Source of the DNA: a virus
Lineage: Duplodnaviria; Caudoviricetes
Reading direction: 5' to 3' (one strand)
Length of the DNA: 64,000 nucleotides
Virus record (IMG/VR): IMGVR_UViG_3300014826_000005
Coordinates: 1 to 64,000 of that record
The number at the start of each line of letters is the position of its first letter. Within the stretch, counting starts at the first letter, position 1. The position numbers were made by a program, and so were the translations under genes. Of the stretch, positions 10,582 through 20,251 are shown piece after piece. The notes under the pieces were generated by a model. The model was given only the letters and a program-made list of their open reading frames with translations, was not told the origin of the DNA and did not search any database.

Positions 10582-10740
10582 ATGGAACCTAGAAAAAATA
10601 CAATAAGTGAATGTCCTCATAATCTTAATATTTATGATATATTAGACCATATGAAAGTCTGTTCATTATGTGAACATTTTGTAAGTGAAGAGGGATTGTA
10701 TTATTGTGATTTGACAAAGAAGGGAGACAAGACATTATGA
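10582..10740 (+). CDS. small Cys/His-rich protein (52 aa), possibly Zn-binding
   Basis: Read by hand: AAAGGAGG RBS, MEPRKNTISECPH...CSLCEH...YYCDL; TGA overlaps the ATG at 10737. Confidence 0.6.
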   Translation: MEPRKNTISECPHNLNIYDILDHMKVCSLCEHFVSEEGLYYCDLTKKGDKTL

Positions 10741-11963
10741 TTATTCAGAATATCTCATTTTTAAATATGGATATTTTATATCAAATAAAAGATCAAGGAT
10801 TCAATTTATACACACCATCTTATATTGATTTACTTAACCATGTTTCGATTATTTTTGACATTTCTGATATTAATAAATATGAATATATTTTTATGAAAAA
10901 GATGGTAAGTGATATTACAGCATTTGAAAGCGAGTTTGTATCAACGAAATATATTCACAATACATATAAATTTGATGGGTACAATTCACCAGAATCACCC
11001 GTTAATCAATATATTAATATTCTTTCAGGAATTTATGAAGATTATGACATGAACTATATCAATTATCTTTTACCTCCAGGATGTATTATTGGTAATTGTA
11101 AAGCTATTTTAAATGGGGAAGATATTATTAAAATTCTTAAATATGATTTAGTAGCATTCTTTAAAGATTTTTCTAATGAGAGTTATTTTACGTCAAGTAT
11201 ATCTTCTTCTCTTATGGGAAATGATACCTTTACACAAATGCTAGGAAAACGATTTGTAGAAGAATTTTATAGATTCTTATCCAATGAGATTAAATTTACA
11301 GACCAATTACAGGACTATATTTACGATAATATGTTAGCACAACCTTTGGATAATTATAACAACAATCAATACGATAATAAGAATTATAATATTTATTATA
11401 TGAAAAATCCTTATTTCTTAATTGATTTTGTAGAAGATAAACCTGAAAATATTACATCCGTATGTAAGAATTATGCCCATACTATTATTGAAAATAAGAA
11501 TAAGTTTACTTTAGGAAAAACGCATATGATATTTAAAATTAATAGTGAATTTTCTATCTTTGCTGAATTAATGAAAATTCTTCCTCATGATAGACTTATT
11601 GCTCATGAGAATTATTATCAAATTGCTGAAAAGAGTTTAGATAAAGAAAAAGTTCCTTATGTTCCTAAAGTAGCAAGTGAAAAATATAATAATAGATTTG
11701 CTGGAAGATTATTAGGATTCCAAAAACTTATTCAAGATAGTCTTACTGAAAATAATGGATTTGTGAAAATGGAATTAAGTGAAGGATATGTAGATATTTC
11801 TTATAATTTAGAATTATCATTTGATGATTTTGATAAATATCTTATTCCTTACACAAAGAATTATGGTGATAATAAAAACTTCTTACAGATAAAGACATGT
11901 AAGATGATTAATGATTTATTTAAAATTAGTGGTACAATGTACAAAATGATTACAACAAAATAG
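10737..11963 (+). CDS. hypothetical protein (408 aa), faint ThyX-like segments
   Basis: Long ORF followed by a terminator; only weak motif resemblance. Confidence 0.7.
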   Translation: MIIQNISFLNMDILYQIKDQGFNLYTPSYIDLLNHVSIIFDISDINKYEYIFMKKMVSDITAFESEFVSTKYIHNTYKFDGYNSPESPVNQYINILSGIYEDYDMNYINYLLPPGCIIGNCKAILNGEDIIKILKYDLVAFFKDFSNESYFTSSISSSLMGNDTFTQMLGKRFVEEFYRFLSNEIKFTDQLQDYIYDNMLAQPLDNYNNNQYDNKNYNIYYMKNPYFLIDFVEDKPENITSVCKNYAHTIIENKNKFTLGKTHMIFKINSEFSIFAELMKILPHDRLIAHENYYQIAEKSLDKEKVPYVPKVASEKYNNRFAGRLLGFQKLIQDSLTENNGFVKMELSEGYVDISYNLELSFDDFDKYLIPYTKNYGDNKNFLQIKTCKMINDLFKISGTMYKMITTK

Positions 11964-11988
11964 AGAGGTGATTGCCTCTCTATTTTTT
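11957..11988 (+). terminator. intrinsic terminator
   Basis: AAAATAGAGAGG-6nt-CCTCTCTATTTT followed by T. Confidence 0.7.
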
Positions 11989-12004
11989 CACACTTCTTGA
12001 CAAT

Positions 12005-12016
12005 TATACATTATCT
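12005..12016 (+). promoter_or_regulatory. putative early phage promoter motif TATACATTATCT
   Basis: Motif copy between a terminator and the 12093 operon. Confidence 0.6.
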
Positions 12017-12092
12017 AATAGTAAATTATTGAAAAGAGGTGGTTGAATTAAATGTATATTAATACGATTTTTATCTAAGGGGAGAAAGCGAA

Positions 12093-12551
12093 ATGAGTAG
12101 TAAGAAAAAAGTAAAAAAGATGGAATTAGAAACGGTTGAGAATATGAGTATTACTGATATCCTCGATCCATATCTAACAAACAATCATCGCACATTGGTT
12201 GAAGAAATTCAAGCGGTGCAAATCAAATTAGATGAGAAAGAGAGGCAGATTAAAAAGAAAAGAAAAAAAGAAATGAAAAAGAAGAAAAAGAAAGGAGTGA
12301 ATGTAAAAGATTTTAAATCGGTTCAATGGGAAGCCAGAAAAGAAATATTAGATGAGATGAATGAAACAAACTTATTAGAAAGAGTTTATCAAACACTCAG
12401 TGATTTTGTTCCCATTGTTATCGTTATAGCAAGATTGATTATCACATTAATTGATGCTATATTAAATCTTAATTGGGTAAAAGTAAGAATTAGCCCAGAA
12501 ATGTTGAAGAAAATAGAAAAAGTCTACAAGAAGGCTATGAGTGTTTGCTAA
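12093..12551 (+). CDS. hypothetical protein (152 aa)
   Basis: GGGGAG RBS; Lys-rich segment. Confidence 0.7.
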   Translation: MSSKKKVKKMELETVENMSITDILDPYLTNNHRTLVEEIQAVQIKLDEKERQIKKKRKKEMKKKKKKGVNVKDFKSVQWEARKEILDEMNETNLLERVYQTLSDFVPIVIVIARLIITLIDAILNLNWVKVRISPEMLKKIEKVYKKAMSVC

Positions 12552-12572
12552 ATAAGATTAAAGGAGAACACT

Positions 12573-13046
12573 ATGTATGCCGTATTAGATAGAGATTTAA
12601 AGATGGTCGCATGGCATGATGATAGAGAAGTATGTGAAATCTATTTGAAGAATCTTCAAAGAACATACAATGATGAAGAAAAGTATAAAGATTACATAAT
12701 CGTAAAAATTAAAAAGAAATATAAATTTGAAACCAGTGTAGAACAAGATGGATTATATTTATTACGATATGGATCTACGTATATACAAAAAGATTACATT
12801 GAATGTATGGATATAGAAATGGACACATTCTTACATGATGAAAAATATGCCATCGACGTCTTATATCGTACTCTTGAAACGTCTGATTTAAATTCTAAAG
12901 ATTACAAAACAATTGTAAAAGCAATTAAAGTTATGGAGTCTATTTATGAAGAAGATAAAGCTTATACTCCAGATATCTCTGATTTGCAAGAAGTCTATAA
13001 TGAATTCGAACCGTATATAAAAATGGAGGAAGAAAACGGATTATGA
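12573..13046 (+). CDS. hypothetical protein (157 aa)
   Basis: AAGGAG RBS; co-oriented with neighbours. Confidence 0.7.
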   Translation: MYAVLDRDLKMVAWHDDREVCEIYLKNLQRTYNDEEKYKDYIIVKIKKKYKFETSVEQDGLYLLRYGSTYIQKDYIECMDIEMDTFLHDEKYAIDVLYRTLETSDLNSKDYKTIVKAIKVMESIYEEDKAYTPDISDLQEVYNEFEPYIKMEEENGL

Positions 13047-13255
13047 AAGATGAAGCAATTGAAGTAACAGGAATTATATCAAAAACAGAAAGAGGACGTT
13101 TTAGAGTTCAATTAGAAAATGGAATGGAAGTAACTTGTACCATTTCAGGAAGATTAAGAACAAATAAAATCAAGTTATTGGAAGGGGATAAAGTCAATGT
13201 AGAATTATCCCCTTATGATTTAACAAAAGGAAGAATTGTTTGGAGATATAAATAA
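13043..13255 (+). CDS. infA: translation initiation factor IF-1 homolog
   Basis: IEVTG...FRVQLENG...ISGRLR...IKLLEGDKVNVELSPYDLTKGRIVWRYK is the IF-1 pattern. Confidence 0.92.
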   Translation: MKDEAIEVTGIISKTERGRFRVQLENGMEVTCTISGRLRTNKIKLLEGDKVNVELSPYDLTKGRIVWRYK

Positions 13256-13301
13256 TTCTTCCTTTTTTATAAAATTTACAGAATAATAGGAGAAATGAAC
13301 A

Positions 13302-14192
13302 ATGATGGATAAGGAAACATACAAAAGAGAGATTGTAAGAATGTGGGATAGCTTACGCTCTGAAGTGCACAAAGGTGAAGAATCGTGTAGAGGAGTAGAA
13401 TGCAAAGAATGCGCACTTTACTATTCTTCATGTGAAGGAAATGATTCTTTTAACGCATATGAAACAATTGAATATGCACATAAAATGATTGAGGCTATAG
13501 AAAAATGGAGTAAAGAACACCCGCAAAAACACAAGGTGTCGAAGCTTGAGTATGATATCATGCAGGCTGCAATTGATTATAGTTCTGAGGAAGAGACATT
13601 TAAAGAAGTTGACATTCTATATGAACTTCTTGAAGGTGGATATTTTAATGGCGCAAAATCAACTGATAAAATAGTTGATTATATCGAAAATTGTGAAGTA
13701 GATAGTAAATTAAGAGGAAATGAAAATGTTAAAGTAGGAAAGTATAGAAGTCAAATATTAGAGTTTAGTGATAATAAAAAAACTATGTATTTTTCTTTCA
13801 AAAACGATAATGCGAATATGCTCAATAGCTGTCGTGAATCAAATTGCAATTATTACGCATTATACTCGCTAAATGATAAATGTACAATTACTAGAATTAA
13901 GTGGCTTCTTTCTAAATATATGGCGCCTATTAAACTGACAAGATTGGAATTTGAGATTTTGAAATGGTTAGACAAAGGAGGTTATAAATTCATTGTCAGA
14001 AGTCCGAATGATAATCTAATGGCATATGATAGTATACCTAAAAAAGTTTTGTATGGATGGATTTCTGAAAATAGATACAAGACTCTTACGTCATTTAATG
14101 ATTTATTACATTTTATTAAATATGAAGACGAAGAGCCTACATTAATTCAAGAGGTTTTAGAAATTTGCGAGGTTATTGAAGATGATGGATAA
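13302..14192 (+). CDS. hypothetical phage protein with internal duplication
   Basis: KVSKLEYDIM and KLTRLEFEILKW segments repeat; N-terminal CxxxxCxxCx5C. Confidence 0.7.
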   Translation: MMDKETYKREIVRMWDSLRSEVHKGEESCRGVECKECALYYSSCEGNDSFNAYETIEYAHKMIEAIEKWSKEHPQKHKVSKLEYDIMQAAIDYSSEEETFKEVDILYELLEGGYFNGAKSTDKIVDYIENCEVDSKLRGNENVKVGKYRSQILEFSDNKKTMYFSFKNDNANMLNSCRESNCNYYALYSLNDKCTITRIKWLLSKYMAPIKLTRLEFEILKWLDKGGYKFIVRSPNDNLMAYDSIPKKVLYGWISENRYKTLTSFNDLLHFIKYEDEEPTLIQEVLEICEVIEDDG

Positions 14193-14733
14193 AGATAAAA
14201 GTGATGATAAAACTATAGAAGAAGTTAAGACAGCTTCTAGCCCAAGAGGAAAAGTAGATGCTGATCCTAAAGTGGTGAATAATAAACACAATGTACGAGT
14301 GAAAGTTATTCCATTGAATGATTCTATGGATGATGAGGATCGTGCTAGAATCATAAAAAGTATTTATAATTATATTTATGATTATTATCATAATGATAAG
14401 GATGATGAAGATGATATGTTCATTCATGGTCATGTGGATTATGATAAGGATGACTATTGTTACTATGATGATGAAGATGATATGATTATTCGTGATCATA
14501 TAGATAGAGTTGTTGGTCCTGATGATGATTATGATGATATTGCATATTATAAAGATAAATTATATGATATTGCTCTTGATAATGAAGATATCTTTTCATT
14601 GGCTGAAATCGTTACAATTAAAACTATTCTTCAATGGGTAAGAGAAAATCATCAAGGTGATACTATTGATGTAAAAGAGTTTTTAAATTTTCTTAAGACT
14701 CTTATAAAAGGAATGAAAAATAATAAAATATAG
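14176..14733 (+). CDS. Asp-rich hypothetical protein
   Basis: Central DDEDDM(F/I)I(H/R)(G/D)H repeat; terminator follows. Confidence 0.65.
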   Translation: MKMMDKDKSDDKTIEEVKTASSPRGKVDADPKVVNNKHNVRVKVIPLNDSMDDEDRARIIKSIYNYIYDYYHNDKDDEDDMFIHGHVDYDKDDYCYYDDEDDMIIRDHIDRVVGPDDDYDDIAYYKDKLYDIALDNEDIFSLAEIVTIKTILQWVRENHQGDTIDVKEFLNFLKTLIKGMKNNKI

Positions 14734-14809
14734 TAACCAAATATCCAACGGTTACTATATTTTTTTTACACAATTATTTAAATATTTGATAGAAAGGTTG
14801 GTGGTGATA

Positions 14810-16882
14810 ATGTCTCAGAAATGCACGAAAGAAGAATATGATAAGATCATTCGAGAAGGTGGTTTCTATGATGATAATGGTGTTTGGAACTCCATTAAAG
14901 TCTTCTCTAATGATAATCATATTTATAGAGAACGTGTAGAAACGATTGTCGTTAAAAATAAAGACAAAGTATTTGTCAAACGTAAAGTCAATGGAGACTA
15001 TTATTTACCTGGTGGTTCAACAGAACCTGAAGTATCACATATACAACAAGCCATCAATGAGTGTAATGAAGAAGCTCGTATTAATGTACGTAATATTCAA
15101 TCAACAGGTATTACTTATAAAAAAGATGTTGTTTCTTTTATTCACAATAAAAGTGTCTCACCTTATGTCGAATGGGATCGTACTGTTAATGAAATTTATG
15201 TAGCACAATATGATGGTAGATATACTGGACCTGTTGAAGATTGTGATAAGGATCCATTTATGTTAAGTGGCTCTTGGGTTCCTGTAAAAGATTGCTTATC
15301 TTTTTTTATACCAGAGCATAGAGATGCTTTATTAAATTATTTAAGACAACTTCATGAAGAAGACGAACTTGTATCGGAATCGTATATTTCCAATTATTTC
15401 AAAAACAAAATTTTGTTAGCACACTTAAATTATAAACCGGATTTTGGTAGAAAGACAATGTCCAATGTTATTAAGGATATTGATAAAGCTCAAAAATCTG
15501 TTATCAAAACACCTTATTATAAAAAGGCTGTGAAAGATAAAACTGTGAAAGATAAAATCTTTGGAATGCTTATGTTCACATTCAATGCAACAAAAAAGAA
15601 TAAATATGATATTTGTATTGCTTATTCAGGAGATGCTACAAGTTTTACTCCAGCAGCAGCTTGTCATGTTCCAGAATATGGAGATACCGTTATCGTGTAT
15701 CCAGGATTCTTTAAACTTGAAAAGAATGAAAAGATTTTTGTTCTCTTACATGAAATAGGTCATATTCGATTAAATCATACAGTTGACCGTAATCAATATT
15801 GGTTAGGACTAGGTCTTATTCCTGCTAATACACGTTCTTATAATATGAAAAATAACAGAGTTTCCTATGAAGAATTGAATGCTGATTTATATGCTGTCTT
15901 AAATGGTGCTGATATGTATTCTATCTTAGGATTACATGAACCATTGGATTACGATAATAAATATGATTATCGTTATAGTAATGCTGAATTAGCAAATCGA
16001 TATCATTATGTCTTTGATCAATATAAACGTTATAATGGTGGATATTTACCTTATGATAAAGAACGATTAAAGGAACTCGAAAAAGAAGGTCTTATTAAAA
16101 AAGAATCTTCTCTTTCTGATTATGAAATTGCAGCATTAGCTCTTCATGAACTCGTTTATGAAAATAGTCAATTAGATAATGAAACGAATAAAGATAAAGA
16201 TATTCTTTATAATATTCTTTTTGAATTTACAATTGATAGACAAATGAAGAATAATGGTTCATTATCTTATGCAAAAACACTTTTTGAATCAGCGTTAAAA
16301 GACTATCGTATGAATAAATTTGAATACATCTCTTACATGACAGAAAATGGAAAAGATGTAAAAGAAGATGAAGATGATAGAATTGCAAGAATTAAAAATG
16401 CTTACAATAATATCAATGATATAAGAAACCGTGATTACAACTTCTATTGTGAGAGTTTAAATTCTCATGATGGTTTAGGTAAAGATAGATCGATTACAGA
16501 GCTTTCTGAAAAGAAAGAAGCAATGAGTTATTATATTATGAATGAAGCTTATAGTCTATATGATACTCTTGAAGCTCAAAAGACATTGACATATAATCTT
16601 CAAAATTTAAAAATGATTGTAGAATCATTAACACAAAAAGAACGTAATAAAATTCCTGAAGAATTATTTGGTATTCCTGAATTGAGAAAATACCCTTTAG
16701 ATTCAAAGAAACATGTACGCTCAGCTATTAAGCTTTATTATAAATATGAAAAAAGTGAATATGCAGAAGAACTTGCTAGAAATATTTTAAAAGCTATGAA
16801 GAGATATAAGATGAAATACAGTGATTATGTTTCTAAAGGAAGTTCTTTGGATAAAGCTGTTCAGAAATACCAATTATTATAA
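14810..16882 (+). CDS. Nudix hydrolase - HExxH metallopeptidase fusion
   Basis: Nudix box LPGGSTEPEVSHIQQAINECNEEARI; LLHEIGH plus EELNADLYA; C-terminal KYPLDSKKHVRSAIK module. Confidence 0.7.
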   Translation: MSQKCTKEEYDKIIREGGFYDDNGVWNSIKVFSNDNHIYRERVETIVVKNKDKVFVKRKVNGDYYLPGGSTEPEVSHIQQAINECNEEARINVRNIQSTGITYKKDVVSFIHNKSVSPYVEWDRTVNEIYVAQYDGRYTGPVEDCDKDPFMLSGSWVPVKDCLSFFIPEHRDALLNYLRQLHEEDELVSESYISNYFKNKILLAHLNYKPDFGRKTMSNVIKDIDKAQKSVIKTPYYKKAVKDKTVKDKIFGMLMFTFNATKKNKYDICIAYSGDATSFTPAAACHVPEYGDTVIVYPGFFKLEKNEKIFVLLHEIGHIRLNHTVDRNQYWLGLGLIPANTRSYNMKNNRVSYEELNADLYAVLNGADMYSILGLHEPLDYDNKYDYRYSNAELANRYHYVFDQYKRYNGGYLPYDKERLKELEKEGLIKKESSLSDYEIAALALHELVYENSQLDNETNKDKDILYNILFEFTIDRQMKNNGSLSYAKTLFESALKDYRMNKFEYISYMTENGKDVKEDEDDRIARIKNAYNNINDIRNRDYNFYCESLNSHDGLGKDRSITELSEKKEAMSYYIMNEAYSLYDTLEAQKTLTYNLQNLKMIVESLTQKERNKIPEELFGIPELRKYPLDSKKHVRSAIKLYYKYEKSEYAEELARNILKAMKRYKMKYSDYVSKGSSLDKAVQKYQLL

Positions 16883-16932
16883 ATGATGAAATAAGATAAA
16901 AGATGTCTACTGACATACTTTTATCTTATTTT

Positions 16933-16944
16933 TATACATTATCT
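16933..16944 (+). promoter_or_regulatory. putative early phage promoter motif TATACATTATCT
   Basis: Motif copy upstream of the RNAP beta' gene. Confidence 0.6.
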
Positions 16945-17051
16945 TATTGCAAAATACAGAAAGGAGAAAGCGATATATGATGATAAACTCTTTACCTTAA
17001 ATCAAATTGTATTTTACTATTCACAATATTTTTAAGGAGGAATAATATCTT

Positions 17052-18656
17052 ATGAATAATACGGAAAAATTAATCAAGAATGACATATTTTCTACAAGAA
17101 AAAAGAAAACCAAAAAGCATTCAAAAGTCTTAGTGGAGAGATTAAATTGGGATGCTATCTACTATAATGATATCTATACAGGAATAGGATTTACAATTAC
17201 TGAACCAGCAGATGTTACATTAGATGGAAATAAAAAGAAATCTCTTAACGGTCCTCAATCACCACGTTATGGTACGACTTATGAAGATGAGCAATCATTT
17301 ATTGAACGTTATAGATGTGAATGTGGAGCATTTATGGGTAAACAATTTGAACATGAAATATGTCCAATTTGTGGAACACCTGTTGAATTTAAAGATAGTA
17401 ATATTAACACAACAGGTTGGATTTCATTAGGAGAAAATAAAATTATCAATCCTCTTTATTATAATCTTTTATCTAATGCTATTGGTAATACACCATTTGC
17501 TGATATTATCAGTGCAAAATTTAAGATCACTAAAGATGGTCGTAAATTAAAACCTAGAGAAGATGAACTCGATGAAAAACCATCTTCACCATATGATGGT
17601 ATTGGTATTGATAATTTTTATTATCGTTATGATGAAGTTATGGATTACTTTATAGCAAAGAAAAAGAATAAAGCTGATACCTTAACAACGTTAAAGAAAG
17701 AAAAGGCAAAAGTTTTCACTTCTCATATTCCTATTATTTCAACAATTTTAAGACCACAATCTGTAACAAGCGACACATTCTATTTTAATAGTATTGATAA
17801 AATCATCAATACATTATGTCGATTGGCTGAAAATATTAAAGATTGTGAACCTGTTGAAAAAGATAATCTCTACGCAAGAATTCAAACAAAAGTCAATTTA
17901 ATGTGGAATACGTATTTCCAAGAAATTAATGGAAAAGAAGGTCTTATAAGAGGTACACTTTTAGGTGGATCTTTAAACTATACATCACGTAATGTCATTG
18001 TACCTTCTCCAGATTTAGCAGATGATGAAGTTGATTTATCGTATTTTATGTTCCTAGAAGTTTTCAAGTACATTATCATTTATTATGTTATGAGACTTGA
18101 AGATACAACATTATCAAAAGCGTATACATTCTGGAAAGCATCATCTACATTCAACCAAAAGATGTATGACATTATGAGTTTAATAGTTCAAAAAGAACAT
18201 GTATCGATTCTTATCAATCGAAATCCTACATTAAACTTCTACTCAATGCTTCTTATGAAAGTAAGACGTATTAAATGTAGTGGAGACGATTATTCATTAT
18301 CAGTACCATTATCTATCTTACCAGGATTAAATGCTGACTTTGATGGTGATATTATGAATATCATTGGTATGATGGATAAATCGATCACTTACATGTTTAG
18401 AAAGTTTAGTCCTGTTGAACGTATGATTATCTCTCGTGATACGGGTATGCTTAATGATTATTTTTCTATTAATAAAGATCAGTTAATTGTCTTATTATAT
18501 TTCTCTATTATTGGAAAAATGGAAAATGATCAGGAAGAACTGTACCCTGTTAAAGATGATCAAACAGGAGAAGTAAAATGGGTAAGAAAAGAAGAAGTCG
18601 ATCAATATACATCTGGTATTTATAAAGATGCTTATATTATTGATAACTTACATTAA
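17052..18656 (+). CDS. rpoC: phage multisubunit RNA polymerase beta' subunit, N-terminal/catalytic part (probably non-virion RNAP)
   Basis: Zn site CECG...CPICG, HIPIISTILRP, GKEGLIRG, NRNPTL, catalytic NADFDGD; protein ends soon after the active site. Confidence 0.9.
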   Translation: MNNTEKLIKNDIFSTRKKKTKKHSKVLVERLNWDAIYYNDIYTGIGFTITEPADVTLDGNKKKSLNGPQSPRYGTTYEDEQSFIERYRCECGAFMGKQFEHEICPICGTPVEFKDSNINTTGWISLGENKIINPLYYNLLSNAIGNTPFADIISAKFKITKDGRKLKPREDELDEKPSSPYDGIGIDNFYYRYDEVMDYFIAKKKNKADTLTTLKKEKAKVFTSHIPIISTILRPQSVTSDTFYFNSIDKIINTLCRLAENIKDCEPVEKDNLYARIQTKVNLMWNTYFQEINGKEGLIRGTLLGGSLNYTSRNVIVPSPDLADDEVDLSYFMFLEVFKYIIIYYVMRLEDTTLSKAYTFWKASSTFNQKMYDIMSLIVQKEHVSILINRNPTLNFYSMLLMKVRRIKCSGDDYSLSVPLSILPGLNADFDGDIMNIIGMMDKSITYMFRKFSPVERMIISRDTGMLNDYFSINKDQLIVLLYFSIIGKMENDQEELYPVKDDQTGEVKWVRKEEVDQYTSGIYKDAYIIDNLH

Positions 18657-18720
18657 AATAATGATAGTAAGATAGTAGAAAGCTATCTTACTATACCTTT
18701 ATGAAAGGAATATACTATAT

Positions 18721-18891
18721 ATGAAGATTCTATCAATTATCATGGTTGTTATTATAGGGCTATTAGCTATTTTATATACAAATGTCTTTTTCCATGCATT
18801 ATGGGTAGCATTTAAAGTAACTTTAGCCTTTGTACTTATTTTTATTATTATCTTTTGTTTAGTTTACTTATTTAATAAATACTTTAAATAA
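18721..18891 (+). CDS. small membrane protein (56 aa)
   Basis: Read by hand: AAAGGA RBS, MKILSIIMVVIIGLLAIL...LIFIIIFCLVYLFNKYFK; two hydrophobic stretches. Confidence 0.55.
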   Translation: MKILSIIMVVIIGLLAILYTNVFFHALWVAFKVTLAFVLIFIIIFCLVYLFNKYFK

Positions 18892-18918
18892 TATTATATT
18901 TTTGGGAGGAATATATTT

Positions 18919-19083
18919 ATGGAAAAACTTATTTTAGTACCTATTTATGCATTTATTGCATTATTTTCACAATTAGCATCAATTTTGACAATAATCATGG
19001 AAGGTTTGTTAGCAGTATTAATTATAGCATCATTTGTTATTGTCGTAAGAATTATTGTCAAAGAAATGCATTTTAAACATTAG
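18919..19083 (+). CDS. small membrane protein (54 aa)
   Basis: Read by hand: GGGAGG RBS, MEKLILVPIYAFIALF...VIVVRIIVKEMHFKH. Confidence 0.55.
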   Translation: MEKLILVPIYAFIALFSQLASILTIIMEGLLAVLIIASFVIVVRIIVKEMHFKH

Positions 19084-19226
19084 AAATACATGTACAATAC
19101 TATTAAGATAGATAATTGTAGAATAGGGGAGTTATCTATCTTGAATAATAATTTTTGGGGAGGGTAAGAATAAAAGAGATTCAATCTCTTTTATTCTTTT
19201 TTCCTTAATAGAAAGGATTCTCTAAA

Positions 19227-19757
19227 ATGTGCCAAGATATTTACATGTTATATTTTTTTAATGATGATTTACCTATAAATCAATCATTTATAGCAGCAAG
19301 TGATCATTACCCTTGTATAGAAACATTACTCTATAAAAGCTTTAATGATATCATAAAAGTATTATGTAAAAAAGAAGGTTATACATTAAAAAAGTTTTCT
19401 ATTGATATGAATAACCATTTATTTATTTTATTAATAGAAGATAATCATATGAATACTTATAAATTAACAATTCCTTTTTATAATAAAAAATATCCAGAAG
19501 AGAATAAAGAGAACTATTGGTTACAAGATGAGAAGACAAACCAATTATGTATTTTAACATTATTACATATAAGAATGGATGATAAAGAAAAGAGTACGAT
19601 TTGCTCTTATGGAAAAATAACATATCATAATAATATTATTACAATAGAAGATGATGATAGTATTATGTATTATGATAAAGATTATTATTATCGAGATAAT
19701 ATTGAATACTATGATTATCATATAAAATTAGGAATAGAGAAAAGAATAAAGAAATAG
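19227..19757 (+). CDS. hypothetical protein (176 aa)
   Basis: AAAGGA RBS; terminator hairpin follows. Confidence 0.65.
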   Translation: MCQDIYMLYFFNDDLPINQSFIAASDHYPCIETLLYKSFNDIIKVLCKKEGYTLKKFSIDMNNHLFILLIEDNHMNTYKLTIPFYNKKYPEENKENYWLQDEKTNQLCILTLLHIRMDDKEKSTICSYGKITYHNNIITIEDDDSIMYYDKDYYYRDNIEYYDYHIKLGIEKRIKK

Positions 19758-19803
19758 CCATTATGGCTATTTCTTATTTATCCGTATTTTGTATTGATAT
19801 AAT

Positions 19804-19815
19804 TATATATTATCT
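19804..19815 (+). promoter_or_regulatory. putative early phage promoter motif TATATATTATCT
   Basis: Motif copy immediately before a structured leader. Confidence 0.6.
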
Positions 19816-19824
19816 TCGTGTAAA

Positions 19825-19937
19825 GAGTAATAAATAAGATACAAACATCGTATTTAGAGTTGAGTAGGTTCGCATGAGAACCCTAATGATATATTCATTA
19901 GCTCCTCTAAATAAGATAGTATTTTAAGTTATTACTC
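19825..19937 (+). ncRNA. candidate structured 5' leader RNA (multi-stem junction)
   Basis: Nested pairings GAGTAATAA/TTATTACTC, TATTTAGAG/CTCTAAATA, GGTTC/GAACC, CTAATGA/TCATTAG; AAGGAGG follows directly. Confidence 0.45.
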
Positions 19938-19950
19938 AAGGAGGATAAAT

Positions 19951-20250
19951 ATGAGTAAATCTAAGATTAAAAATGTTGGTAAGGCTTCATGGATTCTTGT
20001 AAGAGAAAGCTGCAAACTCGTGGCTGTTACTGGTCAAGCGGTAGCAGCTGGTTTAGCAGCCATGTGGGTCGTCGACTCGACCTACGTAGGGCTGCAAGAA
20101 GCAGCCAATGTTAGAGGAAAGAAGGCTTGCGGCGTCAAGCCTAAATATTCTACAGAAGGGCATCTGTGGAATAAACGACAAGTTGGAGTGGTGGAGACAC
20201 CATTCCAATCATTTAAACATGAGCTACCAGCTCAGAAAGGAGGAAAGTAA
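19951..20250 (+). CDS. hypothetical protein with hydrophobic segment (99 aa)
   Basis: AAGGAGG RBS. Confidence 0.7.
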   Translation: MSKSKIKNVGKASWILVRESCKLVAVTGQAVAAGLAAMWVVDSTYVGLQEAANVRGKKACGVKPKYSTEGHLWNKRQVGVVETPFQSFKHELPAQKGGK

Positions 20251-20251
20251 T

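Noticed and set aside
14786-16882. Large gene beside RNAP beta' as chimallin (nuclear shell)
   Set aside because: It carries Nudix and HExxH motifs; no chimallin can be recognised in this window
19883-19889. CTAATGA as a hammerhead ribozyme core
   Set aside because: Differs from CUGANGA, pairs within a hairpin, and has no matching GAAA element
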